A DNA stretch of 64,000 nucleotides, from NCBI GenBank assembly GCA_004524445.1, contig SDNP01000008.1:29080-93079 (forward strand), read 5' to 3'. How positions within the stretch are numbered: position 1 is the first letter of the stretch; each line of letters begins with the position of its first letter. Both the position numbers and the translations under genes were made by a program. This stretch comes from Candidatus Thorarchaeota archaeon. GTDB taxonomy: Archaea > Asgardarchaeota > Thorarchaeia > Thorarchaeales > Thorarchaeaceae. Below the pieces are notes generated by a model that did not search any database, was not told the origin of the DNA, and saw only the letters and a list, made by a program, of their open reading frames with translations. Below are positions 18,600 to 28,531 of this stretch, piece by piece.

Positions 18600-20505
18600 A
18601 ACGGCGTGCCAGCATTGCGAAGCTGAGAGAGCTCAACGTGAAGAAATAGACTTCAGAGTCAAGTATGCCTTGGCACTGATATCGGGCATGTCACTCATTG
18701 GTGGTATATTGATAGATGTATTCACATCAATAGGATATGTTCCTGTGATCCTATTTCTGATTTCAATACTCTCCGCGGGCAGGTGGATAATTCCAAATGG
18801 TATAAGAAGTATCATCAAGGTCCATCTGGGCATAACTTTCCTCATGACTGTTGCGGCAATCGGGGCAGTTCTAATAGGAGAACCAGCAGAGGGTGCAGCT
18901 GTGATGTTTCTGTTTTATCTTGCTGAAATACTAGAAGAGAAAGCTGGGGATAGAGCTAGAACGGAAATACAAAGTCTAATGGAACTAGAACCCCCTTCAG
19001 TTACGGTTATGGAGGATGGTCAGGAAGTATACAAATCCCCAGATGGTGTGAAAATAGGAGAAAAAATCGTCATTAAACCGGGCGATAGAATTGGAATGGA
19101 CGGGGTGGTGGTAAAGGGAGAATCACATGTAAATCAAGCATCAATCACTGGCGAGTCCAAACCTGTGCGCAAAGTCGTCGGAAATCAAGCATATGCAGGC
19201 ACCCTAAATCAGGAAGGCTATTTGGAGATAAAAGTCACAAAAGAGGCAAAGAATACATTACTGGCAAAAATCGTCGAAACTGTCAAAGGTGCACGAGAGA
19301 AAAAGGCGAAAACAGAGAGATTTGTTTCAAGATTCTCGCACTATTATACTCCCGTAGTTGTTCTTGGTTCTTTTCTATTGGGGCTCGGAACATTCCTCCT
19401 TGGAGCTGGGATAGTAGCGGCTGTATACAGAGCACTAACACTGCTGGTGATTTCTTGTCCATGTGCATTTGCCCTATCAATTCCCGTTAGCATGGTGTCA
19501 ACAATAGCGGGATCTGCCCGTGAAGGAATTCTCGTGAAGGGTGGAGAGTACATAGAGGCAACAAGTAAAGCGAAAACTGTCGTCTTTGACAAAACTGGAA
19601 CACTAACAGAAGGTAAGCTTCGAGTCAGCAATATTTGTGTCCATAATCAAAATGATAAGACCGATGTCTTGAGAGTAGCATCGTCACTTGAGCAGTACTC
19701 TGAGCATCCAATTGCAAAAGCAATAATGGAAGAAACAGAGAATAGTCAAGCAAAAGTTCCACCTGCAGACACCTTTTCATCCGTGCCGGGAAAAGGCATA
19801 GTTGGAACATACAGTAGCTCAGATTACGCAGTGGGTAGTCGACAACTCATGGAAGATGAAGGGGTGGTCTTGGTCAATCAAGAAACTCATTCATGTGGAC
19901 AAGGTACCCTTGTGTATGTATCTCAAGATGGGAAGCACATTGGTACATTGGTCCTCAAGGACATCTTGCGACCCAGTGCTAAGGTGGCGATTGACCAGCT
20001 GAAAGGAAAGGGGATCAAGACAGTAATACTGACCGGAGATAACCAGGAAGTCGCTCAAAGCGTTTCAGCTGAGGTCGGAGCTGATGACTTCAAAGCTAAT
20101 ATGCTACCAAATGAGAAAGTTGAGGCTGTTAAGGAAATCAGAAGAAATGGTACGGTGATTATGGTCGGTGACGGCGTTAATGACGCGCCAGCTTTAGCCA
20201 CTGCGGATGTGGGCATAGCGATGGGCGCAATATCTAGTGATGTGGCCATAGAAACAGCTGATATTGCTTTGATGGATACTGATCTTACCAAGGTTCCTTT
20301 ACTCATTGAAAGAGCGAAACGGACCATGAGTATTGTTCGGAACAATGTTGGTCTATCAATTAGCTTGAAGGCAGTTCTGGGGTCTCTGTCCATATTGGGC
20401 TTAATGAGTCTCTGGCTTGCTATAGCACTGGGAGACATGGGCCTCACAATGCTAGTTATTGCTAATGCATTCAGGCTCACTATGAAGACGAAAAGCACTG
20501 CGTAA
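18583..20505 (+). CDS. cadA: Heavy-metal (Zn/Cd/Pb-type) P1B ATPase
   Basis: TGES, CPC, DKTGT, SEHP, GDGVNDAP motifs. N-terminal CQHC. Confidence 0.9.
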   Translation: MLEISETACQHCEAERAQREEIDFRVKYALALISGMSLIGGILIDVFTSIGYVPVILFLISILSAGRWIIPNGIRSIIKVHLGITFLMTVAAIGAVLIGEPAEGAAVMFLFYLAEILEEKAGDRARTEIQSLMELEPPSVTVMEDGQEVYKSPDGVKIGEKIVIKPGDRIGMDGVVVKGESHVNQASITGESKPVRKVVGNQAYAGTLNQEGYLEIKVTKEAKNTLLAKIVETVKGAREKKAKTERFVSRFSHYYTPVVVLGSFLLGLGTFLLGAGIVAAVYRALTLLVISCPCAFALSIPVSMVSTIAGSAREGILVKGGEYIEATSKAKTVVFDKTGTLTEGKLRVSNICVHNQNDKTDVLRVASSLEQYSEHPIAKAIMEETENSQAKVPPADTFSSVPGKGIVGTYSSSDYAVGSRQLMEDEGVVLVNQETHSCGQGTLVYVSQDGKHIGTLVLKDILRPSAKVAIDQLKGKGIKTVILTGDNQEVAQSVSAEVGADDFKANMLPNEKVEAVKEIRRNGTVIMVGDGVNDAPALATADVGIAMGAISSDVAIETADIALMDTDLTKVPLLIERAKRTMSIVRNNVGLSISLKAVLGSLSILGLMSLWLAIALGDMGLTMLVIANAFRLTMKTKSTA

Positions 20506-20513
20506 TTTTCGAT

Positions 20514-22100
20514 TTACTTGTATGAATTCAAAGCATTCATCGATAACCTGAGGAAGCCAAACACGAGAAATATGGTTAGGACTGGAAGAAGGAATAACAA
20601 CAAAACGCTCTCAGCGTAGTTAGATGCTACTACAGCAATAAGGACACCCAATCCTAGGTTAATCGCAGGAAAAGAGAAGGCGATAGGTACAGGCGGATTC
20701 TGCGGGTTGTTCGTAAAAACGGGGACGTATGCTCCTGTCATTACTCCAGTGGCTGCGAAAACTGCTATCATCGGTCCCGCGAGTGTAATTATAAATGCCG
20801 AACCCGGAGCTCTGAAGAAATAGAGCAAGAAACCAAGAATCGGCAATGCCGATAATCCAATTTCGAGAAGACTCAGTGTGTACTTCGCTAGTACGATATC
20901 ACTTGAACGGAATGGTGAAGCCTTCAAAAGGTAGATATTCTCCCTTTCATCAACGAATGCCAAGAGGGCCGGTAGTGAAACAAGCTGTGCAACAAGTGCC
21001 AGAACAAGGAGGAATGCAGGAGTCAAAGACTGGCTGAGTTCGGGAGGTAGCTGAAGAGGAGGAAGCCAGGTCGGCTGGAACAAATTAAGATAGATTGCGA
21101 AAGCTGAACCAATAATGACGTAGATGTACTTCCAAAACTGTATTGGGCTCCTCATCTTGCTCCAAAAATCCTTTAGTATTATCCATCCTAGAGGATCCTG
21201 AATGCTGGAATCAGAGAAATCAACATCCCCGCGTATTCTATTTGCAATCTTGCTTTCACTTCGTTGTCTTGTTACGGCACCAGCAAATACATCGTAGAAC
21301 TGTCTGTCAATTAAGTTGACTAAGAAGAGAAATGCGATTGAAGCACCAATCAGGATTAACACTAGGAAATTAGAGGGAGAAAGCCCAGGTGCATGAACAT
21401 AGCTCAGCTGCATCAGAAGTAAGCCGAATATGTTCGCAGGTATAGAGATCTGAATGAAAACATTGTCTGAAAGGAACGAGCTCGACGGAAGATACGCAAC
21501 AATGATCAGTGCTGCTAATGTGAGATGACGTACTCGGGTCTGAAACATGGAATTCAATTTCAGACGGATATATGAAGCAATGCCACCAAGGAAATAGTTG
21601 GTTTCTAGGAACAAAATTGTTCCAATTACAAAAAAAAGGGCAGCATTAACGAGAATGAGGGCTGATTCAACCAGGGGTAGAAAAACAACCAATGCCAATA
21701 ACACATATCCAATTTTTCGGATCACCCGTCGGATATACCTACTGATGAATAGTTGATAAGGATGGATGGGGGCAGGCATCGCGATGCTTTCATCTTCTTT
21801 TTCCCATACTGAAGCAGGGCCAACGCCGACATATCCCGAAACAATCGAAGATACCGTTATGAAGCCAAGAGCCGCAAAGATATCCGAAGGTGAAATCAAC
21901 TCTTCTATGGCTTCAGCCACCCCAACAAAAAGAGCGGAGAAACTGATCAGTGTTCCAAGAATACTCGTAATGATGAAACCACCAACAAACGTAATCAAAT
22001 AGAAACCGAGCATTGACGGAGAAGTGAGAGTTCTCTTAAACTGATTCCAGAGCATTCTAAACTCGTTCATAATAAGTGTAGGTAGCTGCACTCTGGACAT
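20514..22100 (-). CDS. ABC exporter permease (about 12-14 TM)
   Basis: Two halves of about 6-7 TM each, downstream of an ABC ATPase. Start placed at ATG 22100. Confidence 0.75.
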   Translation of the reverse strand: MSRVQLPTLIMNEFRMLWNQFKRTLTSPSMLGFYLITFVGGFIITSILGTLISFSALFVGVAEAIEELISPSDIFAALGFITVSSIVSGYVGVGPASVWEKEDESIAMPAPIHPYQLFISRYIRRVIRKIGYVLLALVVFLPLVESALILVNAALFFVIGTILFLETNYFLGGIASYIRLKLNSMFQTRVRHLTLAALIIVAYLPSSSFLSDNVFIQISIPANIFGLLLMQLSYVHAPGLSPSNFLVLILIGASIAFLFLVNLIDRQFYDVFAGAVTRQRSESKIANRIRGDVDFSDSSIQDPLGWIILKDFWSKMRSPIQFWKYIYVIIGSAFAIYLNLFQPTWLPPLQLPPELSQSLTPAFLLVLALVAQLVSLPALLAFVDERENIYLLKASPFRSSDIVLAKYTLSLLEIGLSALPILGFLLYFFRAPGSAFIITLAGPMIAVFAATGVMTGAYVPVFTNNPQNPPVPIAFSFPAINLGLGVLIAVVASNYAESVLLLFLLPVLTIFLVFGFLRLSMNALNSYK

Positions 22101-22107
22101 CACCTCC

Positions 22108-23019
22108 TCAAGTCTGTGGGATTCCACCTGTTAGCATCAAGAATATTTCCTCTAGAGTAGTTGCCTTATCAAAAAGAGAGCTCAATTTAGACAGGGTGCC
22201 CCTTCCAACTACGTTGCCATGGTTCATAATAATAAATCTATCACAAAGGCTTTCAGCTACCTCCAAAATGTGTGTGGAAACCAGAATTGCTGACCCTTCC
22301 TTCTTTAGACGTTTGAGAAGAGACTTCAGATTCCATGCGCCGCGCGGATCCAAACCGTAGATAGGCTCATCAAATGCCAGGATGTACGGAGGATCTCTGA
22401 TGAAAATGCCAGCAAGTAATGCCCGTTGCAGATTGCCTTTCGATAGTGTACCAATGTAGGAATCAACAAACTCGTTCAAGTGGAAGAGATCAATTTGTTC
22501 CCGAATCCTAAGAATTGTATTAACTTTCGAAACGCCATATATGCGTGCCATGAAGGTCAGATACTCCCTCACCTTCAAACTGGGATAGCAGGTTGGGCGC
22601 TCAGGAATGTAGCCCAGCACTCGCTTTCCTGGAATTGGCTTCTTGCACATATCATGCCCATTAACATGAACACTTCCACTGGTAGGACGGATTATTCCGG
22701 TCAGCACTCGAAGAGTTGTAGTTTTTCCTGCGCCATTAGGGCCTACTAACCCTACTATCTCTCCAGGATTAACCTTCAGATTCAAATCACGTACAGCAAC
22801 TTTCGGTCCAAATCGCTTGGTCATATTCTCAATTCGAATTGCTGGAGAAGTGAGAGGCTTAAGACCCTTTTTTTCGGTTTTCTCTAGTTCCGAAGCTATC
22901 CTATCAACTAGCTCATCCCTGATGATGCTTCGTTGTGTCAAAGGAATGTCTAGAGCAACAGCCATGCTTACCAGCTCATTGGATGTCATCCGTTGTAAGA
23001 TGTTAGTATCTGCGTCCAT
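22108..23019 (-). CDS. ABC transporter ATP-binding protein with N-terminal helical extension
   Basis: GPNGAGKT, LSKG, 'FDEP..GLD', H-loop 'STH'. Confidence 0.92.
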   Translation of the reverse strand: MDADTNILQRMTSNELVSMAVALDIPLTQRSIIRDELVDRIASELEKTEKKGLKPLTSPAIRIENMTKRFGPKVAVRDLNLKVNPGEIVGLVGPNGAGKTTTLRVLTGIIRPTSGSVHVNGHDMCKKPIPGKRVLGYIPERPTCYPSLKVREYLTFMARIYGVSKVNTILRIREQIDLFHLNEFVDSYIGTLSKGNLQRALLAGIFIRDPPYILAFDEPIYGLDPRGAWNLKSLLKRLKKEGSAILVSTHILEVAESLCDRFIIMNHGNVVGRGTLSKLSSLFDKATTLEEIFLMLTGGIPQT

Positions 23020-23129
23020 GTTAGTCGTTCTCCCTATGAAGTTGCCATTCAAAGTTTTGTAGTTGAACCAATATGCACTCTAACGAACATCCATAAAACG
23101 TGTCGTTCCTTTCATCCGGAATCAATTCC

Positions 23130-24137
23130 TCACTCCCTCCGTGATAGCATCTTTCTAATTTTTGATAGCACTAGATAAGTCACTGGGACCTTTACAAGAG
23201 CTTGCTCCTCTGGAGCCGAACTGGCAGGCGGCTCTTCAGAAATTTCAGTTGCAGCATGCTTGTTGTAAAAGTATGCAACAATCAGTATGATTGGCGTTGG
23301 AAACGAGATGTAAAAACCTACCCCAAACAGGAATTCCAGTATCAATGAAAATACTTCGAAAATAAATACAGAACTTGCCAGTAGTGCCGAGAGAACAAGT
23401 CTACGCCTGGAAGCATTTCCTCTCTTGAATTCCTGCAAAGTATAGATGAAATATGTTAGGGGGAATAGCACAAATATCGACAGCCATGCCACGGGGAACA
23501 TTCCTAGTCTATATTCGAATGATATTCCTCCTCCTTGGCTAGAGTATCGCGTTTCAAACCACGCTACAAAACCTATTGCTGCATAAATCATGGCAATAGA
23601 AAATGTGTCAGGTCCAACTCCCATAGAATAGAACATGGTGTAGATTGGAGCAAACACTAGGGAAACAAAGAAAACTATGGGCCAAATGTTTCGTGAATTT
23701 TTCTGGGGACTGTGCTTTGATCTAAAACGTCTTAGAACAGGTAATAATACCGCAAATATGAGTAGCATCGAACCATAGTTTGTCAAGAATCTAGAGGGGG
23801 AATCGGTATACCCACCTGGATACCAACCGTAGACTTGAGTTGGAACGATAATCCATAGAACGATGATGGTCAGGATATATACGTAGACTGCTAATTGGGC
23901 CATTTGGTCTTTGCTCTTTTCATCATTCATTCTGTACTTGAAATACGCACTGGGTAGCGTGATGAGTGCAAGATTGACCAGCTGAATGGCGAGCTGAGAA
24001 ACCAAGGAGGGATATCTTCCATAAAATAGGCCTTCAATGATAATTGGAGCTGAGGCATGGTATGAAATATTGTATGGAATAAGGAGTAAAATAAGGACTA
24101 TTCCTATGAAACTCAGCCAATACCTCCTATTGCTCAC
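23130..24137 (-). CDS. Multi-TM membrane protein, unknown function
   Basis: Long ORF with about 9 hydrophobic segments. Confidence 0.6.
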   Translation of the reverse strand: MSNRRYWLSFIGIVLILLLIPYNISYHASAPIIIEGLFYGRYPSLVSQLAIQLVNLALITLPSAYFKYRMNDEKSKDQMAQLAVYVYILTIIVLWIIVPTQVYGWYPGGYTDSPSRFLTNYGSMLLIFAVLLPVLRRFRSKHSPQKNSRNIWPIVFFVSLVFAPIYTMFYSMGVGPDTFSIAMIYAAIGFVAWFETRYSSQGGGISFEYRLGMFPVAWLSIFVLFPLTYFIYTLQEFKRGNASRRRLVLSALLASSVFIFEVFSLILEFLFGVGFYISFPTPIILIVAYFYNKHAATEISEEPPASSAPEEQALVKVPVTYLVLSKIRKMLSRRE

Positions 24138-24204
24138 CCCATGTCACTCCTGATATTCGATTCTCAAAATACATCGCGAAATAAAAAGGTTGATGGCTAA
24201 CGCG

Positions 24205-24912
24205 TCATATATATCTCTGGTACCTTATTTCAATTGGGACTTCATCTAAGAACTGAAGCTCCCAATCCGCAAGCTTTGTCCTCAATGCAAGTAAGCGGAC
24301 TCCTTTATCACTTGCGTCATCAAGAGCGGCTCCAAATTCAGGATCCATCTGCCAATTCGGTGAAAAGACATGAGCATCTGGTCGTTGAATAACGAACACT
24401 ACTGTAGCTTCATCGATAGCTTTTTCTTCCAGCAGAAGAGCCAAATGACGGACATGCCTTGCTCCACGGATGGTAGGCGCATCTGGAAACAATGCCCGTC
24501 CGTCTTGTACCAATGTACAAGACTTCACTTCTATCAGAATGCTTCTTTCACCCTCTAATCTAAAATCGAATCTTCCACTATGATATGATGGTTCACTTTT
24601 GACTACCTCATACCCTTCAAATTGTGGTAATTCATGATTTGAGAGCATCCGATACATGAATCTGTTTGGTTTGTTTGAATCGATAGAAATCAATACATCA
24701 TTATGTTTGACTGCAATGAGGTCATAGTCAGTCTTCCTTTGAGGGCCTGGCTTTTCTTCAATGTACATTTCTTTTCCTTTGACCATTAGCTCTTTCATGC
24801 GACCCGGATTTGGAATGAAAACATCGTTCTTCTGCCCGCTACAAATGACTGTACCTAGGAATCTATTTTTTCTTTCCAAAAACTGACACTGTTGGATTCT
24901 GTTCAGGAACAT
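24205..24912 (-). CDS. sfsA: SfsA DNA/RNA nuclease-family protein
   Basis: 'R.NRF', 'PNPGRMKEL', 'RFDF', 'IEVKSCTL', 'FPDAPT.RG.RH'. Confidence 0.92.
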   Translation of the reverse strand: MFLNRIQQCQFLERKNRFLGTVICSGQKNDVFIPNPGRMKELMVKGKEMYIEEKPGPQRKTDYDLIAVKHNDVLISIDSNKPNRFMYRMLSNHELPQFEGYEVVKSEPSYHSGRFDFRLEGERSILIEVKSCTLVQDGRALFPDAPTIRGARHVRHLALLLEEKAIDEATVVFVIQRPDAHVFSPNWQMDPEFGAALDDASDKGVRLLALRTKLADWELQFLDEVPIEIRYQRYI

Positions 24913-24982
24913 TACTTCCGTTTCGATTTTGGAATTTCAATGATTACCAGTCAATAAGCCTTCTGAAACAGCCCTCTACTCG

Positions 24983-26155
24983 CTAGATGAACTCCGTCAG
25001 AACCATTTGTAACTCATTTCTCGAGAGACTCGAAACCTTCACCCCGATCAGACGTAATTGTCTAGCAAAATCTAATTCTTCTTCCAGCAATGAGATAGCG
25101 GTCTTTTCCAACGCTATTCCGTCATTTGTATCGATAGGCAGGGAGCGGCTTCTTTGAATTGTTTCATAATCGGCATACCGTAGTTTGAGAGTAACAGTTC
25201 TGAACCAAAGTTTCTTTTCATGTAGTTTTCTCGTGATACGGGCACTGATTGAACGAATCTCAGATTTCAGAAAATCGAGATTTTCAGCATCAACATCTTG
25301 CATGAATGTTCTATCTTTACTGATTGACTTCCTTATTCTTGGACCATTGTCTATCAAGGAGCGTTCATCTATGCCTAAGGCGCGATTAAGTAACCATTCA
25401 GAACCTTTACCCATAATCGGATATAATTCGGTGATGGTCATTGCCTGCAATTGACGAATCTTTTCAATCCCATGGTCTCCGAGACGCTCTGAAGTTTTAG
25501 GCCCTATTCCGGGGATGGCTTGCAGTGGAAGTGGGGCAAGGAATTTAGCTCGCTCTTCCAAGCCTTGACCAACAACGGTTATGCCCTCAGGTTTCTCAAT
25601 GTCCGAGGCAATCTTGGCCAGAGTCATATTCGGTGCCACACCTATTGAACATGGAAGACTTGTTTCTTCCTTCACAGCTTTCTGTATCAACCTAGCCAAT
25701 TTCGCAGCATCTTCTTGAGTTCTACAGCTGTCTGTTGTTTCTATGTAGGCTTCGTCAATACTTGCTCTTCGCACACGTTCGCCATCAGCATATTGCCTGA
25801 GAACATCCATAAATTCATCAGAAGCCTCCGTATAACTCGAAAAGTCACCCTGAACAAAAATCGCATCTGGACATAGTTTATAGGCTTTTGAAACGGGCAT
25901 TCCTGATTTTATGCCAAATCTTCGAGCTTCATATGATGCTGCTCGTACCACACCTCGGCCTCTGCCTTTCTTTGGATCGTGTCCTACGCAGACAGGTTGA
26001 CCCACTAACTCAGGGTAATGGCGATATTGCTCAACCGAAGCGAAGAATGCATCCATATCAATATGCATTATCCACCTTTTCAATCCAGCACCCAAGGATA
26101 TGTCCCCTAGTAATCCTTTCTCAGTTTTGTGATTTAATGATTCACTTGAAACCAC
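24983..26155 (-). CDS. dinB: Y-family DNA polymerase IV
   Basis: 'HIDMDAFFASVE', 'ASYEAR.FG', 'SIDEAY', 'KPEG'. Confidence 0.95.
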   Translation of the reverse strand: MVSSESLNHKTEKGLLGDISLGAGLKRWIMHIDMDAFFASVEQYRHYPELVGQPVCVGHDPKKGRGRGVVRAASYEARRFGIKSGMPVSKAYKLCPDAIFVQGDFSSYTEASDEFMDVLRQYADGERVRRASIDEAYIETTDSCRTQEDAAKLARLIQKAVKEETSLPCSIGVAPNMTLAKIASDIEKPEGITVVGQGLEERAKFLAPLPLQAIPGIGPKTSERLGDHGIEKIRQLQAMTITELYPIMGKGSEWLLNRALGIDERSLIDNGPRIRKSISKDRTFMQDVDAENLDFLKSEIRSISARITRKLHEKKLWFRTVTLKLRYADYETIQRSRSLPIDTNDGIALEKTAISLLEEELDFARQLRLIGVKVSSLSRNELQMVLTEFI

Positions 26156-26195
26156 ATTAGGTGAGTGGAGAGTAGAGCGAATCTATTATGTCGGA

Positions 26196-27173
26196 TTATG
26201 AAGATTCGGAGTTAATCATGGCATAGTAGTTTTCGAAGAATGAGCTGAGATCCACATTTCCACCACTTAGAATCACTCCAATTCTCTGTTTTTGAAACCT
26301 TTTTCCTTCACTCAAGAGGGCAGCTAATGGCACTGCTCCTGACGGCTCAACTACTAGTTTCATTCTCTCCCACAGCAGTCGCATTGCATCTACAATCTCA
26401 GTTTCAGTAACAAGTACGATTTCATCGACATTTTCAGAAATGATATTAAAGGTGAGCTCAGCAAGGCTAGTTCGCAAGCCGTCTGCTATTGTATTGGGTT
26501 TGATGCTGGGGTAAATTTTACCATCCCTAATTGAACGGTATGCATCATCTGCCTGCTTCGGTTCCGCTCCTATTACTTTCGTGGATTCCGAAAGGCCCTT
26601 GACAGCAATACTAGTTCCGCTGATAAGACCACCTCCCCCTATTGGGCAGAATAATGCATCTAACTCCCCGTACTCTTGCACAAGCTCCAGAGCAGCAGTG
26701 CCTGCCCCCGCTATTATTTGCTCATTATCATAGGGATGTATCAAGAAATACCCATGCTGCTTTACAAGCTCATTTGCAGTATAGACCCTGCTTTCAACAG
26801 TAGGCTCGCAGAATACTATTGAAGCGCCATAGCCTCTGGTGGCATCAACCTTAACCTGTGGAGCATTACTTGGCATCACAATTGTAGCTTTCACGCCGAG
26901 CTTCGAGGCTGCCAGCGAAAGCGCCTGTGCATGATTACCTGAGGAATGCGTTACAACACCCCGTGTCTTTTGTTCTTCGTCTAATTGTGAAACAGCATTC
27001 AGGGCTCCTCTGAATTTGAAGGCGCCAACACGCTGGAAGTTTTCACATTTGAAGAATACTTCAGAGTTAGTCATTTCATTGATAGTATTCGATGTCATGA
27101 CAGGTGTCTTGATTACATGCTCCCTAATGCGTGAATGTGCCTCTTGTACATCTTGTAAGGAAATCATCTTCAT
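26196..27173 (-). CDS. PLP-dependent serine/threonine dehydratase or serine racemase family
   Basis: 'KCENFQRVGAFKFRGA', 'SSGNH', 'GGGGL', 'SGGN'. Confidence 0.9.
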   Translation of the reverse strand: MKMISLQDVQEAHSRIREHVIKTPVMTSNTINEMTNSEVFFKCENFQRVGAFKFRGALNAVSQLDEEQKTRGVVTHSSGNHAQALSLAASKLGVKATIVMPSNAPQVKVDATRGYGASIVFCEPTVESRVYTANELVKQHGYFLIHPYDNEQIIAGAGTAALELVQEYGELDALFCPIGGGGLISGTSIAVKGLSESTKVIGAEPKQADDAYRSIRDGKIYPSIKPNTIADGLRTSLAELTFNIISENVDEIVLVTETEIVDAMRLLWERMKLVVEPSGAVPLAALLSEGKRFQKQRIGVILSGGNVDLSSFFENYYAMINSESS

Positions 27174-27312
27174 CAGCTTTCTAGTCCCTGAATCTGATGC
27201 AATCAGTATGATTGCTTGGAAACAGCATCAATCACCTCTCATCATAAGACTATCCATCAGAAGATGCCCTCAATGCAGATCTACTTTCTGTTTTGTCACA
27301 GACTCAAACGAC

Positions 27313-27825
27313 CTATTCATCATCCCATAGGCCTACAGGCCCTGGGGGCGGGCTAAACTTGTAGATCAGAATAGAAGCTATGAATGGTATAGGCACAGGC
27401 ATTCCAAATGGAAAAATATCTCCAGCGGCAAGTCTTGATAAGAAAGAAATTGAAGCTGAAAAAGCTATTGGCATTTCACTCAATACCCCCAGCAGTGCTG
27501 TTGCCATTTTTGATGCCTTTGCACGATATAACCTATACATTTGCAGAGCGAGTAGAAACCTGAATGGAGAGAAGAACAGGAGATTAGGAATGATGATTGT
27601 CATTGGATAGATTTGAAAAATCGATTCCTGTGAGAAGGGGTTCCAAGATGAGAAAATCCAAAACATTGAGTATTCTATGCGGCCTGATATAAATACGAGA
27701 GTGACTTGTAAAGGCACCAACAAACCAAGAAATGCGATCAGCAGACCTATGCATAATGCATACCGGGAGTCATTTTTCATTCTATTTACCCTCGCTACAC
27801 ATTCTAATGAATTCGTTCCTTCCAA
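27313..27825 (-). CDS. Membrane protein, unknown function
   Basis: About 4 hydrophobic segments. The true start may be the internal ATG (MKNDSR). Confidence 0.55.
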   Translation of the reverse strand: MEGTNSLECVARVNRMKNDSRYALCIGLLIAFLGLLVPLQVTLVFISGRIEYSMFWIFSSWNPFSQESIFQIYPMTIIIPNLLFFSPFRFLLALQMYRLYRAKASKMATALLGVLSEMPIAFSASISFLSRLAAGDIFPFGMPVPIPFIASILIYKFSPPPGPVGLWDDE

Positions 27826-27882
27826 TATCCGACGCTATCGGAAAACCAGTCCTTTCAGTGTTGCACGGTTCTTTATCTGATT

Positions 27883-28395
27883 TTATTTTTCTTGACCATA
27901 TTTTCCGTAAGACACAATATCTTCAAGGGGTTTTCGCGTCTTTGTCGGCGTGGTGCGACTATATCCTAGTGAAACGCAGCAGATAACCCGATACTTGTCA
28001 GGAATATCCAACAACTGTTTGAATTTGGGTTCAATCGAGGTGTCTCTAACTCCCATCCAACATGTGCCAAGTCCTTGGGCATAAGCAGCCAATAGCATAT
28101 TCTGTACTGCATTGTGTGGGTCTGCGAGATGGTACTTGGGGTGGGATTCAGGGTCACCAAGCACAACAATAACAACCGGTGATTCTGCCATGAATCTGCC
28201 ATACGTGTGCTGATTAGCCATTGTATTCCGAGCACCAGGGTCCCTAACCACAATGAAATGCCAAGGTTGCTTGTTGGATGCTGACGGGGCCCATCTTCCT
28301 GCTTCTAAAACCTTCTCTAGCTTATCATCTTCAACAGGGGCATCCTTGTATTTCCTTATACTTCTTCGCTCTCGAATAGCCTCTAATACATCCAT
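27883..28395 (-). CDS. Nitroreductase family protein
   Basis: 'RRSIRKY', 'APSASNKQPW', 'GLGTCW'. Confidence 0.92.
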   Translation of the reverse strand: MDVLEAIRERRSIRKYKDAPVEDDKLEKVLEAGRWAPSASNKQPWHFIVVRDPGARNTMANQHTYGRFMAESPVVIVVLGDPESHPKYHLADPHNAVQNMLLAAYAQGLGTCWMGVRDTSIEPKFKQLLDIPDKYRVICCVSLGYSRTTPTKTRKPLEDIVSYGKYGQEK

Positions 28396-28531
28396 GGTTG
28401 GTCACATTATATGAATAAATTAGGCGTTTTAAATGACTGGTTAACTACTCGGTTCATTGACTGTACAGAACATAACACTCAAAATCAATACGAGCAAGCG
28501 TCGATTTAGCTATGACTCGGAGAACAATTCC

